Assembly: GCA_016199545.1 (NCBI GenBank)
Contig: JACQGN010000009.1
Span: forward strand, 1-46,461
Origin: Betaproteobacteria bacterium
GTDB lineage: Bacteria > Pseudomonadota > Gammaproteobacteria > Burkholderiales > SG8-41
Direction of reading: 5' to 3'
Length of the DNA stretch: 46,461 nucleotides
The notes beneath the pieces were generated by a model. That model was given only the letters and a program-made list of their open reading frames with translations. It made no database searches and was not told the DNA's origin. Position 1 is the first letter of the stretch. Each line of letters opens with the position of its first letter. Positions 28,114-37,924 of the stretch are shown here, one piece after another. The position numbers and the translations under genes are program-made.

Positions 28114-28698
28114 ATGATTCGTGAGTTCGTACTTCGCGAATGGCTTTACTTGCGATCGCGCTGGGCGACGCCCGCGTGGCTGGACGCGCTTTCGTACGAA
28201 CACAAGAAAATTGTGGCGACCGGGCCGTTTCCCCGGCGGCTCCGGCGGCTAGCCGCGGCGCACGTGGGCATGTTTTCTTGGGTGATGGTGCCGCACGAGG
28301 GCAACCCAGAGATCCACAACGGGTCGATGTTTCTGCTGGATTGCGGCCAAGGTCCCTTCTTAGTCACCGCTGGGCACGTCTATACGGGCTACTTAGCACA
28401 GCGCGATTCTGCAAAACGAAACATTTGTCAGATCGGCAATCTCGAGTTTCATGCGGAAGATCGCCTCATTGATTTACAGAAGCGACCCGACATTGCTACG
28501 TTTCGCGTGACCGATCACGAAATCCAGATCATCGGCAAGCAGATCGTTACACACACCGCAGCGAGTTGGCCATGGATCGTTCAGTTGGCGGGGGTTATTA
28601 CCCAAGCGCATTCAAATGAAAACTGGGAGCAAGTCATCGCTGCCACTGCCGCCCACATTCGACCCGATGGGCGAATCCTTCACCAAGTCCTAGCCTGA
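28114..28698 (+). pseudogene. Trypsin-like peptidase remnant lacking the catalytic Ser motif
   Basis: GSMFLL...LVTAGHV (His) and DIATF (Asp) present; no GxSG before LAGVIT. Confidence 0.45.
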
Positions 28699-28739
28699 AA
28701 ACCGGTACACACGGCCGGGATGGATCGAGTGAGAAGCAC

Positions 28740-29351
28740 ATGCTGAAAATCCTGGGAAGAAAAACCTCGGGCAATACCCAGAAAGTACTGTGGTGCTGCG
28801 ATGAGCTGGGTCTCGCGTACGAGCGCGAAGATTACGGTCGAGGGTTCGGCAACAACCACGAGCCCGCCTATCTGGCGCTCAATCCCAACGGCAGAGTTCC
28901 GACGATCGTGGACGACGGCTTCGTGTTGTGGGAATCGAACGCCATCGTGCGCTACCTCTGCGCCAGGCATGGCATGGGCACGCTATGTCCGCCGGAGTTA
29001 CAGCGGCGCGCCGATATGGAGCGCTGGATGGACTGGCAGCAGACCACGCTCAGGCCGCGCTTCCATGCGCTGAGAGACGCGCTGCAAAATAGCAATCCAC
29101 CCAGCGATGCCGCGCTGGACATCCTGAAGCAGGCGCTGGATGACGCCTGGGAAATCCTCGACGCCCAACTGGCGAAGCACCCCTTCATCGCTGGCGCGAG
29201 CCTCACGATGGCGGACATACCGTTCTGCTACATTGTCAATCGCTGGCACAGGTTGCCAATCGAGCGCGGTGGGCTCACTCACGTCAAGGCGTGGTATGAC
29301 AGGCTTTGCGAGCGCCCGGCGTTTCGGCGCAATGTCTACGAAGTCGGGTAA
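28740..29351 (+). CDS. Glutathione S-transferase
   Basis: GRKTSGNTQKV, LNPNGRVPT, LWESNAIVRYL, LTMADI. Confidence 0.93.
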   Translation: MLKILGRKTSGNTQKVLWCCDELGLAYEREDYGRGFGNNHEPAYLALNPNGRVPTIVDDGFVLWESNAIVRYLCARHGMGTLCPPELQRRADMERWMDWQQTTLRPRFHALRDALQNSNPPSDAALDILKQALDDAWEILDAQLAKHPFIAGASLTMADIPFCYIVNRWHRLPIERGGLTHVKAWYDRLCERPAFRRNVYEVG

Positions 29352-29380
29352 TCATTCGGACCAAGGTTGAAGGGGCGGTC

Positions 29381-30337
29381 ATGAGCATTGGTGTCCTAGC
29401 GCTCGTCCGGCTTGCGCCCGAGCGCGTCGCCGCGCTGACGGCCGCCGGCTATGCCGTTTGCGAGGCGGCGAAGTATCCCAGTCGGGTGGATGCCGTGCGC
29501 GACAGCGGCGATGTCAGGGCCGTTCTGACCAACGGCCGCGGCGGGCTGAGCGGCGACGAGATGGCATTGCTTCCGAAGCTCGGGATCGTCTGCGCCACCG
29601 GCGCAGGCTATGAAGCTATCGATCTCGACACCGCCCGGAGCCGCGGCATCGCGGTCGCCAATTGCCCCGACACGAACGCATCCGCCGTCGCCGACTCCGC
29701 CATGATGCTGTTGATGGCGGCCACGCGGCACCTGCTTGCGGCCGATCGCTTCGTGCGCGCCGGCGGCTGGCAGGATCAATGGCGCGTCGACACCCCGACC
29801 ATTTCCGGCAGGCGCCTGGGCATCCTCGGCCTGGGAACCATCGGGAGCAAGATCGCGCACCGCGCCGCGCGCGGCTTCGACATGGAGATCGGCTATCACA
29901 ACCGGCGGCCCGTCGCCGGATCCTCCTACCGGTATTTCGACAGTCTCATCGAGCTGGCGAAGTGGGCCGATTTCCTGGTCGCCGCCGCCCCCGGGGGCAC
30001 TGCGACGCGGCACCTCGTCAACGCCGGTGTTCTCGCCGCGCTCGGACCGAAGGGGTATCTCGTCAACGTCGGACGCGGCACGGTGGTGGACACGGCAGCG
30101 CTGATCGATGCCCTGCGGTCCAAGCGCATTGCGGGCGCAGGCCTGGATGTCCTCGAGGGCGAACCGAACGTGCCGCCGAAGCTCCAGGAGCTTCTACAGT
30201 TCGACAACGTCGTGGTCACGCCGCACTGCGCCGGACGCGCACCGGAGTCGCGCACCGCGGCGACCGCGCTGATTCTCGCCAATTTGAACGCGTATTTTGC
30301 GGGCAAGCAGCTTCCGTCTCCCGTCGCGCCGCTATAG
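29381..30337 (+). CDS. D-2-hydroxyacid dehydrogenase
   Basis: GILGLGTIG, LVNVGRG, AGLDVLEGEP, TPH. Confidence 0.92.
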   Translation: MSIGVLALVRLAPERVAALTAAGYAVCEAAKYPSRVDAVRDSGDVRAVLTNGRGGLSGDEMALLPKLGIVCATGAGYEAIDLDTARSRGIAVANCPDTNASAVADSAMMLLMAATRHLLAADRFVRAGGWQDQWRVDTPTISGRRLGILGLGTIGSKIAHRAARGFDMEIGYHNRRPVAGSSYRYFDSLIELAKWADFLVAAAPGGTATRHLVNAGVLAALGPKGYLVNVGRGTVVDTAALIDALRSKRIAGAGLDVLEGEPNVPPKLQELLQFDNVVVTPHCAGRAPESRTAATALILANLNAYFAGKQLPSPVAPL

Positions 30338-31309
30338 CTTGGGAATCCCCGCGTCCTTGATCACCTGCGCCCAGCGCGCGATCTCCGCGCGCATGAACTT
30401 GTCGAACTCCTCGCGGCTGGTCGGCGCGGGCGGCATCCCCAGCTCGGTCAGGCGCCGCTCGACTTCGGGGATACGCAATACCGAGTGTATGTCGGCATTT
30501 AACTTATCGAGCAACGCTACGGGTGTGGCGGCCGGCGCACACACGCCGTACCACGAATTGACCTCGAAGTCGGGCACGCCCGATTCCTGCATCGTCGGCA
30601 CGTCCGGCAGCAGCGTCTGACGCTTTGCGCTCGCAACCGCGAGCGCGCGCAAGCGTCCGGCCTGAACCGGTGCTACGAGGAACGGAAAGTTCGTAATATT
30701 GATCGGAATCTGGCCGGCAATAACATCGCTCGTCCCCTGCACCGCGCTCTTATAAGGAATGTGCACGATGTCGAACTTCATCCGCAACTTGAGCCACTCC
30801 ATCGTCAGGTGCGGCGAGGTGCCGACGGTCCCGGCGGCGTAACTCAGCTTGCCCGGGTTGGACTTTGCATAAGCCACGAGCTCCTTGATCGATTTGAACG
30901 GCACCGACGGGTGCACGACAATAACGTTGGGCGGCATGCCGATGCGCGTGATCGGCGCGAAATCTTTATGCTGGTAGGGTATCTTTGCGATCATCGACAG
31001 GGAAATTGCATTCGGGGCGATATTGCAATGGAGCAGCGTGTACCCGTCGGGCGGCGACTTCGCGACAAACGCCGCGCCGATCGTGCCGGAGGCGCCCGCC
31101 CGGTTGTCAACGATGACCTGCTGGCCCCAGAGGCGCGTCAATCGTTCGGTGACCAAACGACCGACGATGTCGTTTCCGCTGCCTGCAGGAAACGGGATAA
31201 CGTAGCGAACAGGTTTGACGGGAAAATTCTGCGCCCACGCCGCGGCGCTGCACATCCCTGCAGCCGCAATTGCGCACATCAACAGCCAGGTAGCTTTCTC
31301 AATTTTCAT
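30332..31309 (-). CDS. Bug/TctC family substrate-binding protein
   Basis: Signal peptide, FPVKPVRYVIPFPAG, DNRAGASG, PDGYTLL, HIPYK. Confidence 0.9.
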   Translation of the reverse strand: MKIEKATWLLMCAIAAAGMCSAAAWAQNFPVKPVRYVIPFPAGSGNDIVGRLVTERLTRLWGQQVIVDNRAGASGTIGAAFVAKSPPDGYTLLHCNIAPNAISLSMIAKIPYQHKDFAPITRIGMPPNVIVVHPSVPFKSIKELVAYAKSNPGKLSYAAGTVGTSPHLTMEWLKLRMKFDIVHIPYKSAVQGTSDVIAGQIPINITNFPFLVAPVQAGRLRALAVASAKRQTLLPDVPTMQESGVPDFEVNSWYGVCAPAATPVALLDKLNADIHSVLRIPEVERRLTELGMPPAPTSREEFDKFMRAEIARWAQVIKDAGIPKL

Positions 31310-31355
31310 CGTGCCCTCCCTTGGTGGTGTTCTGCGAACGCGACGTGCGCCCGCG

Positions 31356-32606
31356 CTATGCGGATTTGGCGCCGGGGATGGCCCGCAGTTTCTCGTCGCG
31401 CGCGGCGGTGCGGTCCCCGCCACCGCCGGAAACCAGGGCCGTTCCGCTCAACGCGACGTGCTGCGGCCCGATCTCGGACACCCGGTTGCAGGAAATCTGC
31501 GCCATGCCGCGGCTGATTTCGCCGCGATAGATGTCGAGAGCCCGGGTCGCGCCCGCGTGGCCCGCGGCGGCCGTGCCGTAGAGCGTGCTGCGCCCGATCA
31601 GCACCATTTTCGCCCCCAGCGCCAGCGCCTTCACCACGTCGCTGCCGCGGCGCACGCCGCTGTCGAAGAGGACGGTGGTGCGATCGCCCACCGCCTTGAC
31701 GATCTCCGGCAGCACTTCGATGGGCGCGGGCGCGGCGTCGCAGTTGCGCCCGCCGTGGTTGGACACGATGATGCCGTCGGCGCCGTATTCCAGGGACTTC
31801 GACGCATCATCGGGATGCAGCAGCCCCTTCACCAGGAGCTTGCCGGGCCAGATGTCGCGCAGTGCCTTCAAGTCGTCCCAGTTGAGCGAATCATTGCGGG
31901 TTTCCTTGCTGCCGCCATAGGCAGAGGTGATCTTGCCCTTCAACTCGTCGGGAAAATTCACGCGCGTGGGCATGCCGCCGTTGGCGATATAGCGCCCCAG
32001 CACGCCGAACATCCAGCGCGGATGCATGAGCACGTCGGTGGTGTTCCGGCTGTTGTACTTGAAGGGCACGGAGAAGCCGTTACGCCGGTTGTACTCGCGG
32101 TTGCCGGCGACCACGCCGTCCACGGTCACCAGCAGCGCTTCGAAGCCCGCCGCCGAGGCGCGGCGCACCAACTGATGCGAAAGCCTGCGATCGGCCCACA
32201 TATAGAGCTGCATCCACAGCGTGCCGCCGACTTCGGCGGAGATCTTCTCCATGCTGGTGATGGAGCCGGTGGCGAGCGAAAAGGGAATGCCGGCCTCCTT
32301 GGCGGCGCGCGCGAGTTCCAGCTCGCCCTGGTACCACATCATGCCCACGGCGCCGGTGGGAGCGATGCCGATCGGCATCTTGTGCTCCTTGCCGAAGAGC
32401 GTGGTGTCGAGCGTGCGGCCGGAGACGTCCACCAGCATGCGCGGACGAAACTGGATGCGCTCGAACGCCTCGCGGTTGTTGTGCAGCGCCACTTCGTCTT
32501 CGGTGCCGCGGTCCACGAACTCGAACAGCCACTTGGGCAGGCGGCGCTTCGCCATGTCCCGCAGGTCGAAAATGTTCTGTGCGTCTTCCACTCTCATCAT
32601 GCTCAC
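31356..32606 (-). CDS. FMN-dependent alpha-hydroxy acid oxidase/dehydrogenase
   Basis: PIGIAPTG, WMQLY, LLVTVD, LVKG, SNHGGR, DSGVRRGSDVVKALALGA. Confidence 0.93.
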   Translation of the reverse strand: MSMMRVEDAQNIFDLRDMAKRRLPKWLFEFVDRGTEDEVALHNNREAFERIQFRPRMLVDVSGRTLDTTLFGKEHKMPIGIAPTGAVGMMWYQGELELARAAKEAGIPFSLATGSITSMEKISAEVGGTLWMQLYMWADRRLSHQLVRRASAAGFEALLVTVDGVVAGNREYNRRNGFSVPFKYNSRNTTDVLMHPRWMFGVLGRYIANGGMPTRVNFPDELKGKITSAYGGSKETRNDSLNWDDLKALRDIWPGKLLVKGLLHPDDASKSLEYGADGIIVSNHGGRNCDAAPAPIEVLPEIVKAVGDRTTVLFDSGVRRGSDVVKALALGAKMVLIGRSTLYGTAAAGHAGATRALDIYRGEISRGMAQISCNRVSEIGPQHVALSGTALVSGGGGDRTAARDEKLRAIPGAKSA

Positions 32607-32655
32607 CTTCTTGCGGTTTATCCGAAAAGTTACACTGACCCCATTTACATTGTAG

Positions 32656-34920
32656 TCAGCAACCCGCCTTCACGCCATCCACGGCGATGACACGCTCGCG
32701 GATCAGGCGCTCCAGCTCGCCGGCCATGCCGATTTCTGCGAGCACGCCGGCGGCGTCCGATCCGGGTCTCGCCGCCGGCCGTCCGGCCGTCACCGGCGTG
32801 CGCGAGAGCTTCATACCCGGCGCCGTGGTGGTGATGGGGCCGAAGCCCTCGTGATCGCGGGTGACGGCGAGGCCGCGCGCCTGCACCAACGGATCGGTCA
32901 TCAGATCGACGAGGCTCGGCACGACGCGGTGGGCCCCGATACCGGCCCCACTGAACAATTCCACCCACGCCGCCACGCTGCGGCTGCGCATGCGCGCTTC
33001 CAGTTCCCGCTCGAGGTCCGCACCGCCCAAGCCGGCGAGGTCGGCGAGTTCCGCGCAGCGCGCAAGGTCGCCCGCCCGTGCCGCGAGGAAGAGCCACCCG
33101 TCGCTTGCCTGATACATGCGATTGAGCGGCCCGCTGCCCATCGCCTCCTGGCCGTGCGGTTCGTTCCACTCCTTGCCTTTGTAATCCTGCAGCAGCGCCG
33201 ATTGCAGCATGGTCGCGGTGTAGGCGAGCGCGCTGTCCACGAACTGCCCCTCTCCGGTGCGGCGCCGGTGCAGGAGCGCCAGCGCCACGGCGTAGCAGGC
33301 CATCAGGCCGGTGCCGTAGTCGTTTGCGGCGAACGGCGCAGTGGCGGGCTTCGCCGAGCCGTAGCGCACCTGCATGCCCGACACCGCCTGGCCGAGCTGC
33401 TCGTGGCCGGGACGGGGGGCGTAGGGGCCGAATTGGCCGAAGGTATTCATGTAACCAAAGACAATGTCCGGCCGGCGCGCGCGCACCTGCTCGTAGTCGA
33501 TGCCGAGCCGTTCGGCGACGCCGCCGCGGAAATTCTGGAGCACCACGTCGGCCCAATCGACCAGCTTCCAGAAGATTGCGAGCCCCTCTTTGGTCTTGAG
33601 GTCGATGAGAATGCTGCGCTTCGCGCGGTTGATGTCGTTGTGCCGCAGCACGGTCTTAACGTGCGGGCTGTCGATCTTGACGACGTCGGCGCCGAACTCG
33701 GCGAGCGTGCGCCCGCAGGTCGGGCCGGCGAGGATGATGCAGAGGTCCACGACCTTGACACCCTCGAGCGCCGAACGCAGCACTTCGCTGCCTTCCACCC
33801 CTACCCCAGCCCTCCCCCGTTCAGGGGGAGGGAGGTTGATGTCCTGAGGGGAAGAGAGATTTTTCAGTTCTTTCAGGATTTCCGCGCGGTGTGCGTCTGG
33901 CTTCGGGCGCGGGGTGCGCACCGAGCCCGGCGTGACCGAAAGGCGCGCGTTGATGCCCGGGCCACGGAAGCGGCCCAGTTCCGGATCATCGTAGTCGGCG
34001 ATGATTTTCGATCCCAGCGCCTGCGGATGTTTCAGCCATTCGGCGCTGGTGTGGCAAATCACACCTTCGGAGCCGATGTCCGCAATGAAGTCTTCCCACT
34101 CCCTGGCCGTGCGGGTGCGCATCACCTGTTCGAACTTCTGCGCAAGTTCGTTCGGGGGGAGTTTGGCGTCGCGCCACTGGTCCATGCCGATCACCTTGAT
34201 GAAGGCCTCGAACCGCTTGTTGTTCGCCACGTACATGAGCCAGCGCCCGTCCTTGCAGGGCAGTTGCCGGCTCCAGTTGAATTCGGGCTCGGGCTCGGGT
34301 TTGCCGTTGACCAGCAGGCCGCGCGCGCCAACCACGCTGAAGGTCGCATCGAAGAGCGGAATCTCCACGACCTGGCCCAAGCCGGAACGCGCCCGCGCAT
34401 TGAGCGCGATCGCTACGGTGACCGCGCACAGGAAGGCCGCGTAGGCCGAACCGTAGGGGATGACGGTATAGACCGGGCGGCCTTTGGTCGCGTGGCTCGC
34501 GCGATAGGCGCCGGTGGCCGCTCCCACCACGCCCTCCCATGCCCTGACCCGGGCACGCGGATCGTCCGCGCCGAAGCCCGGCAGCGAGCAGTAGATGAGG
34601 CGCGGGTTGGCCTCCGTCATCGGCACGGCGCCCAGGCCGAGGCGGTCCATCACGCCGGGACGGAAGTTCTCGATCACCACGTCGGCACCCGCGATGAGTT
34701 GCCGCGCGCTTTCCCGGTCTGCATCCTGTTTCAGGTCGAGGACGATGCTGCGCTTGTTGCGGTTCCAGGTGGCATTGCCCGACACATTCCAGCGCGGCCC
34801 GCCCGGCGGATCGATGCGGATCACGTCCGCTCCCTGGTCGCCCAGCAGCATGGCCGCCATGGGGCCGGCGATGTACTGGCCGAAATCGATGACGCGAATG
34901 CCTTCCAGAACGCCTGGCAT
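32656..34920 (-). CDS. Double-domain class III CoA-transferase
   Basis: Two CaiB repeats (LEGIRVIDFG..AGP, LEGVKVVDL..AGP); catalytic NDYGTG only in the second. Confidence 0.9.
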   Translation of the reverse strand: MPGVLEGIRVIDFGQYIAGPMAAMLLGDQGADVIRIDPPGGPRWNVSGNATWNRNKRSIVLDLKQDADRESARQLIAGADVVIENFRPGVMDRLGLGAVPMTEANPRLIYCSLPGFGADDPRARVRAWEGVVGAATGAYRASHATKGRPVYTVIPYGSAYAAFLCAVTVAIALNARARSGLGQVVEIPLFDATFSVVGARGLLVNGKPEPEPEFNWSRQLPCKDGRWLMYVANNKRFEAFIKVIGMDQWRDAKLPPNELAQKFEQVMRTRTAREWEDFIADIGSEGVICHTSAEWLKHPQALGSKIIADYDDPELGRFRGPGINARLSVTPGSVRTPRPKPDAHRAEILKELKNLSSPQDINLPPPERGRAGVGVEGSEVLRSALEGVKVVDLCIILAGPTCGRTLAEFGADVVKIDSPHVKTVLRHNDINRAKRSILIDLKTKEGLAIFWKLVDWADVVLQNFRGGVAERLGIDYEQVRARRPDIVFGYMNTFGQFGPYAPRPGHEQLGQAVSGMQVRYGSAKPATAPFAANDYGTGLMACYAVALALLHRRRTGEGQFVDSALAYTATMLQSALLQDYKGKEWNEPHGQEAMGSGPLNRMYQASDGWLFLAARAGDLARCAELADLAGLGGADLERELEARMRSRSVAAWVELFSGAGIGAHRVVPSLVDLMTDPLVQARGLAVTRDHEGFGPITTTAPGMKLSRTPVTAGRPAARPGSDAAGVLAEIGMAGELERLIRERVIAVDGVKAGC
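33798..33834. repeat. REP-like palindrome inside the CoA-transferase linker
   Basis: CCCCTACCCCAGCCCTCCCCC-GTTCA-GGGGGAGGGAG; 9-bp perfect stem. Confidence 0.6.
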
Positions 34921-34923
34921 GTT

Positions 34924-35340
34924 TTACAGCGGCCTCCGCCGGGGTGGCGGGACTCCAACAACAGCCAACCGTATCATGTCGGTGCCATTGTTGAGCAGTT
35001 GATGCTCCACGACGCCTGCAGGCATATGTATCGTGTCACCGGGCCCCACTTCCTGCTCCCGGATCTCGCCGCTTTCGGTCTTCCACTGGATCACTCCCCG
35101 CCCGCTGAGTATGAAATAGATCTCCTCGAAATCGCCGGGATATTCGACCTCGTAACCTTCCGCCCTGTATTTCGTGTGCGTATGCCAATGATGAGGGCTG
35201 AAGCCCGGACTGACTTCATCCACGTTGAAGAAGAGCTTTTCCGTGGCAATGATTCTTTTTATCTGCCCCGCTTCCTTACCCAGGCCGCGTATGTTCTGCG
35301 GCTGAACCTCATCGGACCTGACAATTCTCAGCTGCGCCAT
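34924..35340 (-). CDS. Cupin domain protein
   Basis: HHWHTH...EEIYFILSGRG and GDTIHMPAGVVEH motifs; AAGGAG RBS. Confidence 0.85.
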   Translation of the reverse strand: MAQLRIVRSDEVQPQNIRGLGKEAGQIKRIIATEKLFFNVDEVSPGFSPHHWHTHTKYRAEGYEVEYPGDFEEIYFILSGRGVIQWKTESGEIREQEVGPGDTIHMPAGVVEHQLLNNGTDMIRLAVVGVPPPRRRPL

Positions 35341-35353
35341 CGGATTCTCCTTA

Positions 35354-37117
35354 TCAGACCATCGGCCCGGGTTTTGGAATGTAGATCTCCTTGATGCCGT
35401 CTGCGGCCCAGCACGCCAGCATGCCGATGGTTCCGGTCGGTCCTTGCGCGGGATTCTGCGGGAACGCACTGCCGCCGACGACGAACAGGTTCGGGACATC
35501 CCAGGACTGCAGGTACCTGTTCACGACGCTGGTTGAAGGATCCGTGCCCATCACGGCACCACCGATGTTGTGAGTGCTCTGGTACGGAATGATGCTGTAC
35601 TTCAACGGAATGGCGTGCGCGTGGTACTTGGCCGGCTTCATGGCCTTCGCGATCTCGACGCAGCGCTCGTACATCCAGGCCAGCATCTTCTGCTCGTTCT
35701 TGTGCCAGTCGAACGTCATGCGCAGCAGCGGCAGGCCGTTGGCGTCACGGTAGGTCGGATCGAGATCGAGATAATGCTGGCGATAGCTCATGCAGGAGCC
35801 GTGTATGTGGACGCCGAGCGTGCGCCGGTAGTTGTGCGCGACCGCCTTCTTCCACTCCGCACCCCAGCGCGGCGTGCCGTGCGGCACCGGCTTCGACTTT
35901 ATCGGCGAGGCCCCGGCGCTTGGACAATTGATATAGGCGCCGCCGACGAATCCGAGCTGCGCGCGATCGATCACATCCCCGTTCAGCTCGTCGATGGACG
36001 TGTTGACTTGCCCGCCGCCGATGAATGGATTGAACTCCCGGTCATCGAAGAATACGTGCACCCTGCCGCCGACCTGGTAGGAATAGTTGCGGCCCACGAC
36101 GCCGCGCCCGGTCTGCGGATCGTACGGCTTGCCGATGCCGGACAGCAGCAGCAATCGGGTGTTGTTGAAGCAGTACGTCGCCAGCACCACGATGCCGGCC
36201 GGCTGCTCGACTTCCCGGCCGCGGGCATCGATGTAGGTCACGCCGGTCGCCTGCTTGCCGGTGGAATCGGTATTGACCTTGATGACGTTGCACAACGGAC
36301 GCAGCTCGAAATTATCCTTCTTGTAGAGCGCGGGGAGCACCGCTGTCAGGGGATTTGCCTTTGCGCCCTGCGAGCACACGTGGCTGCTGCAGAATCCCCC
36401 GTGCTGGCATTCGAGCAGCATCACCTTATAAAGATTGTTGTAGTCCTGGGTCATCGCCGCAGCCGGCCCCTGGAACGGCGTGTAGCCAAGCTCGGTCGCC
36501 GCCTTGGCAAATAATTGGCCCTGCGGCGTCGGGCGTGTCGGGGGATTCGGAAACTCCCGCGAGCGCGGGCCTTCGTGCGGATTTCCCCCCGACTGGATCT
36601 CACCGTTCAGGTTGCCCGCCTTGCCGCTGACGCCGTAGATGTGCTCGAACTGGTCGTAGTACGGCTCGAATTCCTCGTAGGTCACTCCCCAATCCTGGGC
36701 GGTGCAGTCTTCGGGGAAGAAGTTCTTGCCGTAACGTTCCGTCACCTTGGAGCGAATCTCGAAATCGTGCGGGAGAAAGCGCCGCGCATTGCCGCCCCAG
36801 TGCGCCGCGGTGCCGCCGACCATCTCGCCCGGCTTGAACGAACCCAGCTCGCGCATCGGGAGAGCGGTCTGCCTCGCGTTGTTGCGGAAGGTGATCGTTT
36901 CGCGCGACAGGTTCTGGAAGATGTCGCTGTGGCGGTCGTACTTGAGCTCGTCGTTCACGTACGGCATGACGAAATCCGTCTGCGGGTCGATCATCCGGCC
37001 GCGTTCGAGGCAGAGCACCTTCAAGCCCGCGTTCGCGAGTTCCATGGACATGATCGAGCCCACGACGCCGCTGCCTACTACCACAGCATCGACCGGTTTC
37101 AGTTTGGTCGTCGTCAC
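35354..37117 (-). CDS. GMC oxidoreductase, gluconate 2-dehydrogenase flavoprotein-like
   Basis: VVGSGVVG, LERG, VGGTAAHW, YQSTHNIGGAVMG, WDVPNLFV. Confidence 0.88.
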   Translation of the reverse strand: MTTTKLKPVDAVVVGSGVVGSIMSMELANAGLKVLCLERGRMIDPQTDFVMPYVNDELKYDRHSDIFQNLSRETITFRNNARQTALPMRELGSFKPGEMVGGTAAHWGGNARRFLPHDFEIRSKVTERYGKNFFPEDCTAQDWGVTYEEFEPYYDQFEHIYGVSGKAGNLNGEIQSGGNPHEGPRSREFPNPPTRPTPQGQLFAKAATELGYTPFQGPAAAMTQDYNNLYKVMLLECQHGGFCSSHVCSQGAKANPLTAVLPALYKKDNFELRPLCNVIKVNTDSTGKQATGVTYIDARGREVEQPAGIVVLATYCFNNTRLLLLSGIGKPYDPQTGRGVVGRNYSYQVGGRVHVFFDDREFNPFIGGGQVNTSIDELNGDVIDRAQLGFVGGAYINCPSAGASPIKSKPVPHGTPRWGAEWKKAVAHNYRRTLGVHIHGSCMSYRQHYLDLDPTYRDANGLPLLRMTFDWHKNEQKMLAWMYERCVEIAKAMKPAKYHAHAIPLKYSIIPYQSTHNIGGAVMGTDPSTSVVNRYLQSWDVPNLFVVGGSAFPQNPAQGPTGTIGMLACWAADGIKEIYIPKPGPMV

Positions 37118-37118
37118 G

Positions 37119-37778
37119 TTATTTTCCCCCGTCCTGTTTCAACATGATGTGCTTCGCGAAGCCCTGCGCATCGACCTGAGCCTGTTTCAACTGGATGTCG
37201 AGGATGCTCACCGGCTCGGCGCGGTACGGCGCGGGATTGTCGAGGTGCGCGTTGTAGGCGCCGGAGGCCACGCCGGGAAATCCCAGAAGCTTCCACCCCA
37301 CCTTGCCGCGGTTGCCGCCGTACATCGGGTCGGCGAAGTAACCTTCCTCGGTATTGCGCCAGAGGAGATCGAAAAAGAGCTTGGAGGACAACGAGGGCAG
37401 CTCCACCTTATCTTGCTCGAGCGCCTTCAGGACCTCGTCCTGCCTGGGCGCCGGCAGATTCTCGAAGAACTGCTCGTAGCGGGCGCGGCAGAACGCGTTG
37501 ATCTCCTGGATGCCGATCCGATAGATCTCCTGCGGCGTGAGCCGCGACTGGAAGCCCTGCTCGGGCACGCCTTCGAGCCACGGACCCGAGCGGTAATTGC
37601 GGCCGTGCGTGCCCCATGCGCTACATAAGTGACGATCGATGTAGCAGGTGACGCCCGCGTCTCTGCCGCCTGGCCCGAGATCGTCGGTCGGTATCAGTCG
37701 CTCTACCGCCGCGTCGAGAAAGCGAACTTCCGGCTGTATCAGATAGCCGTATGCGTGTAGAAGTGCGGACTCCGCCAT
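37119..37778 (-). CDS. Gluconate 2-dehydrogenase subunit 3 family protein
   Basis: RLIPTDDLGPG..AGV..YID, EGYFADPMYGGNR..GWKLLGFPG. Confidence 0.85.
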   Translation of the reverse strand: MAESALLHAYGYLIQPEVRFLDAAVERLIPTDDLGPGGRDAGVTCYIDRHLCSAWGTHGRNYRSGPWLEGVPEQGFQSRLTPQEIYRIGIQEINAFCRARYEQFFENLPAPRQDEVLKALEQDKVELPSLSSKLFFDLLWRNTEEGYFADPMYGGNRGKVGWKLLGFPGVASGAYNAHLDNPAPYRAEPVSILDIQLKQAQVDAQGFAKHIMLKQDGGK

Positions 37779-37924
37779 CCTTGCCCCCTGGATCACGAAA
37801 AGAGGGGATTGTAGTGCCCAACGCCGCTTCAAGTCCCATAGTCCACCAGTCGGAATCGGCGCGCATGAAGGACGCGGACCAACCCGTCAACCGGCCTGGT
37901 GGTCTATCCCCTAAGCGCCGCTGG

